A stretch of 64,000 bases of DNA. Source: Pseudomonas aeruginosa PAO1. GTDB taxonomy: Bacteria; Pseudomonadota; Gammaproteobacteria; Pseudomonadales; Pseudomonadaceae. A model generated the notes under the pieces. That model was not told where the DNA came from. It did no database searches and saw only the letters and a list, made by a program, of their open reading frames with translations. Of the stretch, positions 48,737 to 59,557 are shown in pieces. Made by a program: the position numbers and the translations under genes. The stretch lies in NCBI RefSeq assembly GCF_000006765.1, contig NC_002516.2. One strand, 5' to 3'. Each line of letters opens with the position of its first letter. Positions within the stretch are counted from its first letter, which is position 1.

Positions 48737-49876
48737 ATGCAACGGCAGATTTTCGAGACCGAACACAACCTGTTCCGCGATGCCTTCCGCGCCTTTCTCG
48801 ACAAAGAGGTGGTGCCGCACCAGGACGCCTGGGAAGAGGCCGGGGTGGTCGACCGCGCTGTCTGGAGGAAGGCGGGGGAGATGGGCTTCCTGCTGCCCTG
48901 GGCGGACGAGGAGTACGGTGGCGCCGGGCTCAAGGACTTCCGCTACGAGCAGATCATGTGCGAGGAGCTGGCGCGGATCAACGAACCGGGCTTCATGATC
49001 CCGCTGCACTCGGCGTTGTGCGGGCCGTACATCGCCGAATACGGTAGCGCCGAGCAGAAGGCCCGCCTGTTGCCGGGGATCGTCCGTGGCGAGACCATCC
49101 TCGCCGTGGCCATGACCGAGCCGTCCGCCGGCTCCGACCTGGCCGGCATGCGCAGCACCGCGGTGGACAAGGGTGACCACTGGCTGCTCAACGGCTCCAA
49201 GGTGTTCATCTCCAACGGCCTGCTGGCCGACCTGGTGATCGTCGCGGCGAAGACCGATCCGGCGAACAAGCACGCCATGGGCCTGTTCCTGGTGGAGCGC
49301 GGCATGCAAGGCTTCGAGCGCGGGCGCAACCTGAAGAAGCTCGGCATGAAGAGCCAGGACACCGCCGAGCTGTTCTTCAACAATGTGCGGGTGCCGAAGG
49401 AAAACCTGCTGGGCGACGCCAAGGGCGGCTTCTTCTACCTGATGAACATGCTCGCCCAGGAACGCCTGACCAACGCCTGCGGCGCGGTGGCCGGGGCCGA
49501 GGCGGCGTTGCAGGCGACCATCGACTACGTGAAGGAGCGCCAGGCCTTCGGCCGGCCGGTGGCGCACTTCCAGAACACCCGCTTCAAGCTCGCCGAAATG
49601 CGTACCCAGATCGACGTGGCGCAGGTCTTCACCGACCGCTGCGTGATGGACCACAACCAGAAGAAGCTGTCCCCCGAGGTCGCCGCCGAAGCCAAGCTGT
49701 TCACCACCGAGCTGCTGGGCAAGGTGGTCGACGAAGGCGTGCAACTGCATGGCGGCTGGGGCTACATGTGGGAGTATCCGATCTGCAGGATGTACGCCAA
49801 CGCCCGCATCCAGCGGATCTTCGCCGGTACCTCGGAGATCATGAAAGAGATCATCAGCCGCGGCATGAAGCTCTGA
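48737..49876 (+). CDS. Acyl-CoA dehydrogenase (long-chain type)
   Basis: AMTEPSAGSDL, NGSKVFISNG, QLHGGWGY and IFAGTSEIM. Confidence 0.93.
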   Translation: MQRQIFETEHNLFRDAFRAFLDKEVVPHQDAWEEAGVVDRAVWRKAGEMGFLLPWADEEYGGAGLKDFRYEQIMCEELARINEPGFMIPLHSALCGPYIAEYGSAEQKARLLPGIVRGETILAVAMTEPSAGSDLAGMRSTAVDKGDHWLLNGSKVFISNGLLADLVIVAAKTDPANKHAMGLFLVERGMQGFERGRNLKKLGMKSQDTAELFFNNVRVPKENLLGDAKGGFFYLMNMLAQERLTNACGAVAGAEAALQATIDYVKERQAFGRPVAHFQNTRFKLAEMRTQIDVAQVFTDRCVMDHNQKKLSPEVAAEAKLFTTELLGKVVDEGVQLHGGWGYMWEYPICRMYANARIQRIFAGTSEIMKEIISRGMKL

Positions 49877-49964
49877 CGCCACGGCCATGTCGCGCCGCGC
49901 GGCGGGTGGATAGGCTGCTCGGCAGGCGATCCCGACCAATGCCCGGCGACCCAGAGGAGGGAGC

Positions 49965-51146
49965 ATGAAAGGCCCGTTGTCATCGTTGAAAGTGCTGGAT
50001 TTCTCGACCCTGTTGCCGGGGCCGTTCGCCTCGCTGCTGCTGGCCGACATGGGGGCCGACGTGCTGCGCGTGGAGTCGCCCGGGCGCATGGACCTGGTGC
50101 GGGTGCTGCCGCCGCACGTCGACGGCACCTCGGCCAGCCATGCCTACCTGAACCGCAACAAGCGTTCCATCGGCCTCGACCTGAAGCGGCAGGGCGCACG
50201 CGAGGTGGTGCTGGAGCTGGTACGCGAATACGACATCGTCCTCGAACAGTTCCGTCCGGGGGTGATGGACAAGCTCGGCGTCGGCTACGAGGCGCTGAAG
50301 GCGGCGAACCCGCGGCTGATCTACGTGGCCATCACCGGCTACGGCCAGACCGGGCCGTACCGCGAGCGCGCCGGGCATGACATCAACTACCTGGCGTTGG
50401 CCGGCGTCGCCAGCTACACCGGGCGCCGCGAACGTGGCCCGTTGCCGCTGGGGGTACAACTGGCGGACCTCGCCGGCGGTTCGCTGCATGGCGTGATGGG
50501 CCTGCTGGCGGCGGTCATCCACCGGCAGCAGACCGGCGAGGGGCAGTTCGTCGACATCAGCATGACCGACTGCGCCTTCAGCCTGAACGGCATGGCCGGC
50601 GCCGGCTATCTCGCGGCCGGGGTCGAGCCGGAGATGGAGGCGCTGGCGCTGAACGGCGGCAGCTTCTACGACTACTACCGCACCCGCGATGGCCGCTGGT
50701 TCTCGGTGGGCAGCCTGGAACCGCAGTTCATGCAGCAATTCTGCGCCGCCATCGGCCGCCCGGAACTGGCCGCCCGCGGCCTGTCGCCGAAGCCGGAAGA
50801 GCAGCGGGCGCTGAAGCGCGAGATCGAGATGGAGTTCGAGAAACGCGACTTCGCCGAATGGCAGGCGGTGTTCGCCGCCCTGGATGCCTGCGTGGAGCCG
50901 CTGCTGCCGCTCTCCGAGGCGCTGGAGCACCCGCAGTTGCAGGCGCGCGGGCTGGTTGCCCGGGTGCCGCTGGCGGACGGCGGCAGCCAGGCGCAGATGG
51001 CCTGTCCGATCAAGTTTTCCGCCGGCCTGCCGGCGCCTCGCCACATCGGCGCGGCGCTCGGCGCCGACACCGTGGCGGTGCTCGAAGGCCTGGGCTACTC
51101 CGCCGAACGGATCGCCGAGCTGAAGGCGGCCGGGGCCATCGCCTGA
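49965..51146 (+). CDS. CaiB/BaiF family III CoA transferase
   Basis: VLDFSTLLPGP, LNRNKRS, EQFRPGV and GHDINY. Confidence 0.93.
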   Translation: MKGPLSSLKVLDFSTLLPGPFASLLLADMGADVLRVESPGRMDLVRVLPPHVDGTSASHAYLNRNKRSIGLDLKRQGAREVVLELVREYDIVLEQFRPGVMDKLGVGYEALKAANPRLIYVAITGYGQTGPYRERAGHDINYLALAGVASYTGRRERGPLPLGVQLADLAGGSLHGVMGLLAAVIHRQQTGEGQFVDISMTDCAFSLNGMAGAGYLAAGVEPEMEALALNGGSFYDYYRTRDGRWFSVGSLEPQFMQQFCAAIGRPELAARGLSPKPEEQRALKREIEMEFEKRDFAEWQAVFAALDACVEPLLPLSEALEHPQLQARGLVARVPLADGGSQAQMACPIKFSAGLPAPRHIGAALGADTVAVLEGLGYSAERIAELKAAGAIA

Positions 51147-51147
51147 A

Positions 51148-51645
51148 TCACTCGCGGAGCACTTCGCCGGTGAACACCAGGGTCGCCTTGCAGCGCCGGC
51201 AGTAGTAGCGGCGCCCCTTGGCCACCAGGGTGTGGCGTTGCGGGGAGAACGGGAAGTCGTTGTGCTCCGGGCAATGGCAGCGGTACAGGTAGCGGGTGGT
51301 GGCGCGGCGCTTGACCGCGTAGGTGTGGCAGCGGTCCGGCGGCAGGCCGTAGATGCCGCGCATGATCAACTGCCACTCCTCGCCGTGGGGGCGGATGCGC
51401 GGGCCGAACAACTGGTGCGCGATCAGGTGCGCGACTTCGTGGGCCACGGTCTGTTCCAGGAAGTGCTCGCGATTCTCGCGGTACAGCTGGGGATTGAAGC
51501 GCAGCAGGTTCTCGTCGAGGTGGGCGACCCCGGCTTTCTGGCCGCGCAGGCGGAAGCTGACGGTCGGGCGGGGGAAGCTGCGTTGGAAGAAGTGTTCGGC
51601 CTGCCGATAGCAGGCCTCGACGCGGGCGTTGAGGTGTTCGGGCAT
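51148..51645 (-). CDS. SprT-family zinc metalloprotease
   Basis: HEVAH motif, PHGEEWQ and C-terminal Cys motifs. Confidence 0.92.
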   Translation of the reverse strand: MPEHLNARVEACYRQAEHFFQRSFPRPTVSFRLRGQKAGVAHLDENLLRFNPQLYRENREHFLEQTVAHEVAHLIAHQLFGPRIRPHGEEWQLIMRGIYGLPPDRCHTYAVKRRATTRYLYRCHCPEHNDFPFSPQRHTLVAKGRRYYCRRCKATLVFTGEVLRE

Positions 51646-51812
51646 TCGGGAAGACTCCAGCAGCGGGCGATTATGCCGGAGACAGGAGGGCGGGCGCAGG
51701 CGTCGGGACGACCGCTCGTCCGGGGTGCAGGATCAGGCAAGCGCGGCGGCGGGCAAGAAAAAACCGGGCGGCGGTTGCCCGCGGCCCGGTCGTACGATGC
51801 GTTCGCTGGACG

Positions 51813-52412
51813 TCAGCTGGTGTATTCCGGGCCGACCCCGCTGCCCCAGAGGATCACCGACAGGGCGATCATCGCCACCAGCACCACCAGGCCCACCGCC
51901 AGCACCGAGCTGGAGAACAGGAAGCCTTCGTCCTTGTGGATGTTCATGAAGGTGGGAATCCCCACGTAGAGCAGGTAGACCGTGTAGCTGATCGCCGCCA
52001 CCCCGACGATCATTCCCAGCCAGAGGTGCGGATACAGCGCCGCCAGCCCGGCGATGAACAGCGGCGTGGCGTTGTAGGCGGCGAACACGATGCACTGGGT
52101 CAGGCTCGGGTTGGCGTCGTAGGTCCGCGCCATCCAGTGGATGAACGCGCCCATCACCGCCACCCCGGCGAGCATCGCCAGGTAGGTGAGGACCGTCATC
52201 TGCAACGCGCTGGCCTGGGTCAGCTTGACCGGATCGCCGCCGCCGACCACCCAGCCGACCTGGGTCGTGCCGATATAGGCGGAAATCGCCGGAATGGCAG
52301 CTAGGATCAGGATGTGGGTCAGGTACATGTGGCTGATGCTTTCTTCTTCGCCACGGATTTCCTGCCATTCCTGATCGGGATGGGTGAAGAGCCCCCATAC
52401 ATGATGGATCAT
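51813..52412 (-). CDS. Yip1/YohC-family membrane protein
   Basis: GLFTHPDQEWQEI, IGTTQVGW and YLLYVGIPTFM. Confidence 0.88.
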   Translation of the reverse strand: MIHHVWGLFTHPDQEWQEIRGEEESISHMYLTHILILAAIPAISAYIGTTQVGWVVGGGDPVKLTQASALQMTVLTYLAMLAGVAVMGAFIHWMARTYDANPSLTQCIVFAAYNATPLFIAGLAALYPHLWLGMIVGVAAISYTVYLLYVGIPTFMNIHKDEGFLFSSSVLAVGLVVLVAMIALSVILWGSGVGPEYTS

Positions 52413-52570
52413 GCCGTTTCCTCCTCGTTCTTATGTGGTCGCCCCCCAGCGAAGCGCCGGGCGCGCATGGACAGCGCCACCCGGTGCTCGGCCGACCTAT
52501 GCGACCTTATGTCGCAGTATAGGAACGGCCCGAGCCCGCGTCGCTCGCGGGGTTAGAGCAAATCGAAGCT

Positions 52571-53164
52571 TCACGGCCGGCTGTAATAGCGTTGCAGTAT
52601 TTCCATCGCCTTGTTGATCGATTGCAGGCGCGCGGTGCTGCCGCCGCGGTCGGGATGGTGCTGGCTGACCAGTTGCCGGTAGCGCAGCTTGATGGCGGGA
52701 TAGTCGACCGCGCCTTCCAGCTCGAACAGGGCGAGGGCGGCGGCCTTCTCCTCGCTGCCCTGCATGCGCGTCCAGAAACTCTGCAGCAGCCGCTCGACGT
52801 CGGCCTCGCTGGTCTCCCCCAGGTGACGCAGGTCGAGGTAGTAGTCGCGCAGCGGATCGCCCTGTTCCAGCGCCTGCGTGCCATCCACGTAAGGACGCAG
52901 GCGCAGGCTCAGCGGGCTGATCTCCAGGTGCGCCTCGCGCTCGGCCCAGAGGTGGTCGCGCAGGTGGTAGAGCGCGTTGAACAGGAGGAAATGGGTGCGG
53001 AACAGCACCAGCTTGTCGGCCAGTTCGCGATGGGGGATATGCGTCGAATGGCGGGCCTTCAGCAGCTGGATCAGCTGGTATTCGGAAAGCCCCTCGGGAT
53101 GCTCGCGCAGCAGGCAGAGGATCTGCCCGGCGAGGTCGAGGCGGTGGTCGAGGTCGGGAGTCAT
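52571..53164 (-). CDS. DNA-J-related protein (C-terminal J domain)
   Basis: [14 protein letters not shown]-domain; QHHPDRGG J motif. Confidence 0.88.
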   Translation of the reverse strand: MTPDLDHRLDLAGQILCLLREHPEGLSEYQLIQLLKARHSTHIPHRELADKLVLFRTHFLLFNALYHLRDHLWAEREAHLEISPLSLRLRPYVDGTQALEQGDPLRDYYLDLRHLGETSEADVERLLQSFWTRMQGSEEKAAALALFELEGAVDYPAIKLRYRQLVSQHHPDRGGSTARLQSINKAMEILQRYYSRP

Positions 53165-53266
53165 GGGGCAAGACTAGCATCGGGCGTCGGGAGGGGCTGG
53201 GGTCGGCGTCGCTTTGTGCGTAAAATAGCCAGCTTTTCTCCTCGAACACCCGGATTCCAGAGCACC

Positions 53267-54091
53267 ATGGGCACCCTTTCGGTCAATCAGAACAAACTGC
53301 AGAAGCGCCTGCGCCGCCTGGCCGGCGAGGCCATCACCGACTTCAACATGATCGAGGATGGCGACAAGGTCATGGTCTGCCTGTCCGGCGGCAAGGACAG
53401 CTACACCATGCTCGACATCCTGCTCTACCTGCAGAAGGTCGCGCCGATCCGCTTCGAGATCGTCGCGGTGAACATGGACCAGAAGCAGCCCGGTTTTCCC
53501 GAGCACGTCCTGCCGGAGTACCTGAAGTCGATCGGCGTGGAGTACCACATCGTCGAGAAGGACACCTACTCGGTGGTCAAGGAGAAGATCCCGGAAGGCA
53601 AGACCACCTGCTCGCTGTGCTCGCGCCTGCGCCGTGGCACGCTGTACACCTTCGCCGACGAGATCGGCGCGACCAAGATGGCCCTCGGTCACCATCGCGA
53701 CGACATCCTCGAGACCTTCTTCCTCAACATGTTCTACGGCGGAACCCTGAAGGCCATGCCGCCGAAGCTGCTGGCCGACGACGGGCGCAACGTGGTGATC
53801 CGGCCGCTGGCCTATTGCAGCGAGAAGGACATCGAGGCCTATTCCCAGCTCAAGGAGTTTCCGATCATCCCCTGCAACCTCTGCGGTTCGCAGGAGAACC
53901 TGCAGCGCCAGGTGGTCAAGGAAATGCTGCTGGAATGGGAACGCAAGTCGCCGGGGCGTACCGAGATCATGTTCCGCGCCCTGCAGAACGTGGTGCCGTC
54001 GCAACTGGCCGACCGCAACCTGTTCGACTTCGCCAACCTGCGCATCGACGAGAACGCCACGCCGCGCTTCCTTGACGTGATGAACCTCTGA
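53267..54091 (+). CDS. ttcA: tRNA 2-thiocytidine(32) synthetase
   Basis: SGGKDS PP-loop, [10 protein letters not shown] and [10 protein letters not shown]. Confidence 0.96.
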   Translation: MGTLSVNQNKLQKRLRRLAGEAITDFNMIEDGDKVMVCLSGGKDSYTMLDILLYLQKVAPIRFEIVAVNMDQKQPGFPEHVLPEYLKSIGVEYHIVEKDTYSVVKEKIPEGKTTCSLCSRLRRGTLYTFADEIGATKMALGHHRDDILETFFLNMFYGGTLKAMPPKLLADDGRNVVIRPLAYCSEKDIEAYSQLKEFPIIPCNLCGSQENLQRQVVKEMLLEWERKSPGRTEIMFRALQNVVPSQLADRNLFDFANLRIDENATPRFLDVMNL

Positions 54092-54137
54092 GCCGCGCCG
54101 CGGGTCAGTTCTTCTCTCCGGTCTGCAAGGATTCCCG

Positions 54138-54809
54138 ATGCGCGACTACGCCTGGATGTACGAATACTGCCTGAACCGCTTCGGCTCCAGGGAGGCGCTG
54201 GAAGCGCGCCTGCCGCAGCCGAAGAGCGCCGCCGAGCTGCGCGCGGTGGGTGACGACCGCTACCTGTCGCTGATCAGCCTGCGGATCTTCCGCGCCGGCC
54301 TCAAGCACAGCCTGGTGGACGCCAAGTGGCCGGCCTTCGAGGAAGTGTTCTTCGGCTTCGATCCGCAGAAGGTCGTGCTCATGAGCGCCGAGCATCTCGA
54401 GCGGCTGATGCAGGACGCCCGCCTGATCCGCCACCTGGGCAAGCTCAAGAGCGTGCCGCGCAATGCGCAGATGGTGCTCGACCTGGCCCGCGAGCATGGC
54501 AGCTTCGGCAACTTCCTCGCGGATTGGCCGGAAACCGACATCGTCGGCCTGTGGAAGCTGCTGAGCAAGCGCGGCAACCAGCTCGGCGGCTTGTCGGCGC
54601 CGCGTTTCCTGCGGATGGCCGGCAAGGACACCTTCATTCCCAGCGACGACATGGTCGCCGCGCTGAAGGCCCAGGAGATCATCGACAAACCGCCCACCAG
54701 CCTCAAGGACCTGGCTGCCGTGCAGGCCGCCTTCAACCAGTGGCGCGAGGAGAGCGGCCGGCCGCTGTGCCAGCTGTCGGTGATGCTGGCACATACGGTC
54801 AATCATTGA
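54138..54809 (+). CDS. DNA-3-methyladenine glycosylase I-like protein
   Basis: IFRAGL...KWPAFEEVF.GFDP, LIRHLGKL; TAG-like fold by motif resemblance. Confidence 0.8.
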   Translation: MRDYAWMYEYCLNRFGSREALEARLPQPKSAAELRAVGDDRYLSLISLRIFRAGLKHSLVDAKWPAFEEVFFGFDPQKVVLMSAEHLERLMQDARLIRHLGKLKSVPRNAQMVLDLAREHGSFGNFLADWPETDIVGLWKLLSKRGNQLGGLSAPRFLRMAGKDTFIPSDDMVAALKAQEIIDKPPTSLKDLAAVQAAFNQWREESGRPLCQLSVMLAHTVNH

Positions 54810-54810
54810 G

Positions 54811-56229
54811 CTAGAGGGTCAGCCGACCGCTGCCGATCATCCATAGCGCCGCCAGCGCGAGGACCAGCACCAGCGCCGCGACGCTGCCTTCGGCGCGATT
54901 GCCGAACGCCGGCAGGCCGCGCTGGCGACGGGCATGCAGGAAGAAGCCCAGGCCTGGCGCGTAGAGGATCATCGACAGCAGCAGGTATTTCAGCCCGGCG
55001 GCGTAGATCAGCCAGACCCCGTAGAGCGTCCCCAACAGCGCCAGCGCCAGCATCGCGCCCGAGTGCGGGCGGCGCGCCACCAGCTTCAGGCAGAAGCCGG
55101 CGCAGAGCAGGTAGGGGATCAGCGCCATCGAGGTGGCCAACTGGATCAGCGCGTTGTAGCCCGAGGCGTTGAGGAAGGCCACCAGCAGCAGCGCAGAGAT
55201 CAGCGTGCTGGTCAGCCACAGTGCCGGCGCCGGGGTTTCCACCGCATTGGTGCGGCCGAACAGTGCCGGCGCGGTGTGCGTTGGGCCACGGCTGGCCAGG
55301 TAGAGCATTTCCACCGCGAGCATGGTCCAGGCCAGCAGCGCGCCGCCGACCGAGACGATCAGCCCGACGTTGATCAGCGTGGCGCCCCAGGGGCCCACCG
55401 CCGCGGCCATCACCTGGGCCATCGAGGGGTTCTTCATCTGCGCCAGTTCGTGCTGCGGCACCACGCCCAGCGACAGCACCGAGACGCAGACCAGCAACAG
55501 CAGGGTGACCACGAAGCCGAGCAGGGTTGCGCGGCTGACATCGGCCGCGTGCCGCGCGTGGCTGGCATAGACCGTGGCGCTCTCGATGCCGAGGAATACC
55601 CAGACGGTGTAGAGCATGGTGGTTTCCACCTGGCGGGTGACGCTGCCCAGGGCCGGGCTGCCCCAGAAGTCCAGGTGAAAGGTCTCGATGCGGAAGGCCA
55701 GGGCTACGCAGAGGATGAACAGGGCGATCGGCACCACCTTGGCGAGGGTCACGATGGCGTTGGTGATCGCCGCGTTGTGCACGCCGTGGAGGACGAAGGC
55801 ATGCATCAGCCAGAGCACCGTCAATTCGCCGAGCAGCGCCGGCCAGGTGGTTCCGTCGCCGAAGAAGGCCAGCGCGCCGAACGAGCCGAGGGCGCTGAAC
55901 AGCACCACCAGGTAGCCGGCGTTGCCGACCCAGGCGGAAATCCAGTAGCCCCAGGCGGCATTGAACCCCAGGTATTCGCCGAAGCCTTCGCGGGCGTAGC
56001 CGTAGACGCCGTCGTCCAGTTCGGGGCGGGTGGTCGACAGCCACTGGAATATCCGCGTCAGGGTCAGCATGCCGACGAAGGTGATCGCCCAGGCGATCAG
56101 GATCGCGCCGGCGCCTGCGCCTTCGGCCATGTTCTGCGGCAGGCTGAAGATGCCGCTGCCGATGATGCCGCCCACCACCAGCGCGGTCAGCGCCGGCAGC
56201 CCCAGTTTTCCCTTGTCCGAATCGGCCAT
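54811..56229 (-). CDS. Basic amino acid/polyamine antiporter (ArcD-like)
   Basis: MADSDKGKLGLPALTALVVGGIIGSGIFSLP, GYWISAW and FLGIESA. Confidence 0.92.
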   Translation of the reverse strand: MADSDKGKLGLPALTALVVGGIIGSGIFSLPQNMAEGAGAGAILIAWAITFVGMLTLTRIFQWLSTTRPELDDGVYGYAREGFGEYLGFNAAWGYWISAWVGNAGYLVVLFSALGSFGALAFFGDGTTWPALLGELTVLWLMHAFVLHGVHNAAITNAIVTLAKVVPIALFILCVALAFRIETFHLDFWGSPALGSVTRQVETTMLYTVWVFLGIESATVYASHARHAADVSRATLLGFVVTLLLLVCVSVLSLGVVPQHELAQMKNPSMAQVMAAAVGPWGATLINVGLIVSVGGALLAWTMLAVEMLYLASRGPTHTAPALFGRTNAVETPAPALWLTSTLISALLLVAFLNASGYNALIQLATSMALIPYLLCAGFCLKLVARRPHSGAMLALALLGTLYGVWLIYAAGLKYLLLSMILYAPGLGFFLHARRQRGLPAFGNRAEGSVAALVLVLALAALWMIGSGRLTL

Positions 56230-56333
56230 GTGGCACCTCCGAAACTGCATCCGGTATGTCGCGCCCGGCGCAGGCGGAGCCTGCGCCGGGGTGCGACGGC
56301 GGGAGGCGGCGGGTCGGTCCGCCGCGGCATGGT

Positions 56334-57098
56334 TCAGAAGCGCAGCGACATGCAACTGACGCCGCCGTCGATCTTGCGATATTCGGAGGTGTCCACCTCG
56401 ATCACCCGGTAGCCGAGGCGGGCGATCTTCTCGCGGGTCCGGGGATAGCCGGCGGGCATGATCACCCTTTCGTTGACCCAGATGCAGTTGGCGGCGTAGG
56501 ACTCCTCTTCGGGGATCTCGATGATGTTGAAGTCCTGGAACTCCGGCTTGCTGACGAACTCGCCGGCGGCCAGCAGGTTGTTGTGTTCCAGGTAGGCGAG
56601 CCCGGTCTTCAGGTGCAGGACCTTTTCCAGGCGCACCACCGAGCCGCTGAGGCCATGTTTCTCCAGGATCGCGATCATCTGCCGGGCGCCCTCGGCGTTG
56701 GTGCGGGCCGATTCGCCGATGTAGAAGTGGTCGCCGACCATCATGATGTCGCCGGCTTCCACCGTGCCGGGTGCCTCGATGCGCTCGACCTTGCCCGGAT
56801 AGAAGCGCTGCACGGTTTCCTCGATGATCTCGGTCTCGCCGCGCCGCGATTCGGCGCCGGGGCGGGTGATGATGGCGCAGCGCGAGGTGCAGAGCACCGG
56901 GTCCTCGACGAACACCGAGTCGGGGAAGCGTTCGTCCGGCGGCAGCAGGGTGATGTCCACGTCGCAGGTCTGCAAGGCGCGGATGTAGGCGTTGTGCTGC
57001 TCCAGGGCCTTGGCGTAGTCCGGCTTGCCGAGGTGGCTGGAGGTCAGGCCGTCGACCAGGCTGCGGGCGGGCGTGCGAGCGATGATGTGCTTGAACAT
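56334..57098 (-). CDS. ddaH: Dimethylarginine dimethylaminohydrolase
   Basis: MFKHIIARTP, FPDSVFVED, LHLKTG and DGGVSCMSLRF. Confidence 0.96.
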   Translation of the reverse strand: MFKHIIARTPARSLVDGLTSSHLGKPDYAKALEQHNAYIRALQTCDVDITLLPPDERFPDSVFVEDPVLCTSRCAIITRPGAESRRGETEIIEETVQRFYPGKVERIEAPGTVEAGDIMMVGDHFYIGESARTNAEGARQMIAILEKHGLSGSVVRLEKVLHLKTGLAYLEHNNLLAAGEFVSKPEFQDFNIIEIPEEESYAANCIWVNERVIMPAGYPRTREKIARLGYRVIEVDTSEYRKIDGGVSCMSLRF

Positions 57099-57132
57099 GA
57101 CGATTTTCCTCGTGTGGGGACGACGAGGTCGT

Positions 57133-57148
57133 TGCAAGCCACGCGCCA
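57133..57148 (-). promoter_or_regulatory. Sigma-54 promoter of ddaH
   Basis: Minus strand reads TGGCGC-GTGGC-TTGCA. Confidence 0.85.
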
Positions 57149-57308
57149 GCCAACGCCCGGGAATTGCCTTGGAAATCCTTGATAAATCGGAGGATTTTCC
57201 TGGTTTTCCGAGGGCTTGGTTGATCCACGCCAAGGATGCTCGGTCGCGCTGCGTCGAAGATGGGACAACTGACGAGATTTCGACATCCGGGAAACCGAGG
57301 GGGAGAGC

Positions 57309-58709
57309 ATGGCGCTTGTCGAGGAACCGACGATTTCCACGCGAAGCGGTGAACTGGCCTGGTTGGTGGACTGCCTGGCGCCGATTTTCGACGGCCTGCG
57401 GCAACCGGTCACGGTGGTCGACCCCTCCGGTCGCTTCGTCTACTACAACCGTGCCAGCGGCCTGCTCGATGGTCTCGACCCGCAGCGGGCGTTGGGTATG
57501 CACCTGTTGCAGAGCGCTCCCTGGCTGGCGGCCGAGCAAAGCACGCTGTTGCGTTGCCTGGCCGAAGGGCGGCCGTCGATCGATACGCTGCAGGCCTACG
57601 TGGGGGCCGGCGGCGAGCTGTTGCAGTATCGCCACCGGGCGATCCCGCTGCGCGGGCGCGACGGTTGCCTGCTCGGCGCGATGGAACTCGGCGAAGTCGT
57701 CGCCGAGACCGAAGAGGCCGCAGGCCTGGCGGATTGCCCGAACATCCTGAGCGTGGCGCCGAGCCTGCTGCGGCAGTTGCAGCGCCTGGACGTTTTCGCC
57801 GCCACCGACCTGCCGCTGCTGATCCATGGCGAGACCGGCACCGGCAAGGAACTGTTCGCCCGTCGCGCCCATGCCCTGAGCCCGCGACGCAGCGGTCCGA
57901 TGATCAGCCTGAACTGCGCAGCGATTCCCGAGACGCTGCTGGAAAGTACCCTGTTCGGCACCACCCGCGGCGCTTTCACCGGCGCCGAGAACCGCAAGGG
58001 CATGTTCGCCCTGGCGCAGGGCGGCAGCTTGTTCCTCGACGAGATCAATTCCATGCCGATGGCCATGCAGAGCAAGCTGCTGCGGGTCCTGCAGGACGGC
58101 AGCTACCTGCCTCTGGGCAGCCTGAGCCCGCAGCGGGCCGATGTGCGCCTGATCGCGGCGAGCAACCAGCCGCCGCGCCAGGCGATCGCCGAGGGACGCC
58201 TGCGCGAGGACCTGTACTACCGTCTGGACGTGGGCAGCCTGTGCATCCCGCCGCTGCGCGAGCGCCCCGGCGATGTGGAACTGCTGGCACGGGCGTTCGT
58301 CCGTCGCGATGCGCGCAGCCTCAACCCGCGTGTCACCGCTCTTGGCGAGCGGGCGCTGGCGCAGTTGCTGGCCTGCGACTGGCCGGGCAACGTCCGGCAA
58401 CTGGAAAACGTGATCCGGCGCAGCCTGTTGCTGCACGGGGAGGGCGGCGCACTGCTGGATGAGGTGGCGTTCGCCGACGACGGCGCCGAGGCCGTGGGCG
58501 GCGAGGCCGCGCTCTCGATGAACAGCGCGGCGGTCGGAGGCCTGCGCGAGGCGCTGGCGCAACAGGAGCGCAACCTGATAGAAGACGCCTTGCGCCAGGC
58601 GCGCGGCAATCTCTCCCGGGCCGCCGCCCGGTTGCGGATTCCGCGCACGACCCTGCTCGGGCGCATGCGCCGGCTCGGCTTGCCGGCTTCCCTCGATCCG
58701 CCAGCCTGA
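57309..58709 (+). CDS. ddaR: Sigma-54 enhancer-binding protein (PAS-AAA+-Fis HTH)
   Basis: GETGTGKE, GAFTGA, FLDEI and REDLYYRL; divergent from ddaH. Confidence 0.9.
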   Translation: MALVEEPTISTRSGELAWLVDCLAPIFDGLRQPVTVVDPSGRFVYYNRASGLLDGLDPQRALGMHLLQSAPWLAAEQSTLLRCLAEGRPSIDTLQAYVGAGGELLQYRHRAIPLRGRDGCLLGAMELGEVVAETEEAAGLADCPNILSVAPSLLRQLQRLDVFAATDLPLLIHGETGTGKELFARRAHALSPRRSGPMISLNCAAIPETLLESTLFGTTRGAFTGAENRKGMFALAQGGSLFLDEINSMPMAMQSKLLRVLQDGSYLPLGSLSPQRADVRLIAASNQPPRQAIAEGRLREDLYYRLDVGSLCIPPLRERPGDVELLARAFVRRDARSLNPRVTALGERALAQLLACDWPGNVRQLENVIRRSLLLHGEGGALLDEVAFADDGAEAVGGEAALSMNSAAVGGLREALAQQERNLIEDALRQARGNLSRAAARLRIPRTTLLGRMRRLGLPASLDPPA

Positions 58710-58721
58710 CAGGAGCCAACC

Positions 58722-59492
58722 ATGGACAGCCACAGCCCGATCGCCACCGTCGCCCAGGCCCTGCGGCGCGCCGAACGCATCCTGGTCATCACCGGCGCCG
58801 GCCTCTCCGCGGACTCCGGTATGCCCACCTATCGCGGCCTAGGCGGTCTCTACAACGGTCGCACGGAAGAGGGCCTGCCGATCGAGGCGGCACTTTCCGG
58901 ACCGATGCTGCGGCGCGATCCGGCGCTGTGCTGGAAGTACCTCGCGGAACTCGGCAAGGCTTGCCTGGCGGCCCGACCCAACGCCGGCCACGAAGCCATC
59001 GCCGAGTTGCAGAAGCACAAGCCGGAATGCTGGGTGCTGACCCAGAACATCGACGGCTTCCATCGCCAGGCCGGCTCGCCGGCCGAGCGGCTGATCGAGA
59101 TCCATGGCGAACTGGCGCCGCTCTACTGCCAGTCCTGCGGTGCCGAGAGCGGCGGCCTGGAGGAGCATCTGCACGGCCAGTTGCCGCCGCGCTGCGCCGC
59201 TTGCGGTGGGGTGCTGCGGCCGCCGGTGGTGCTGTTCGAGGAAATGTTGCCGGAAGAGGCGATCGATACCCTGTACCGCGAATTGCGCAAAGGCTTCGAT
59301 GCGGTGCTGGTGGTGGGAACCACCGCGAGCTTCCCCTATATCGTCGAACCGGTGCTGCGCACGCGGCAGGCGGGAGGCTTCACCGCGGAGGTGAATCCTG
59401 GCGTGACCGACCTCAGCGAGCGGGTCGATGTGAAAATGACAGGACGAGCCTTAGACATCATGCCGCAGGTGGTAAGTCACATTTATCGATAA
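58722..59492 (+). CDS. cobB: Sirtuin NAD-dependent deacylase
   Basis: TGAGLSADSG, TQNIDG, EIHG, two CxxC and VGTT. Confidence 0.92.
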   Translation: MDSHSPIATVAQALRRAERILVITGAGLSADSGMPTYRGLGGLYNGRTEEGLPIEAALSGPMLRRDPALCWKYLAELGKACLAARPNAGHEAIAELQKHKPECWVLTQNIDGFHRQAGSPAERLIEIHGELAPLYCQSCGAESGGLEEHLHGQLPPRCAACGGVLRPPVVLFEEMLPEEAIDTLYRELRKGFDAVLVVGTTASFPYIVEPVLRTRQAGGFTAEVNPGVTDLSERVDVKMTGRALDIMPQVVSHIYR

Positions 59493-59557
59493 AAAACTTG
59501 CATAGGATTGATCGAGAAGGCAAATTAGCCCGCTAGTAAAACTAATGAGACACGGTC

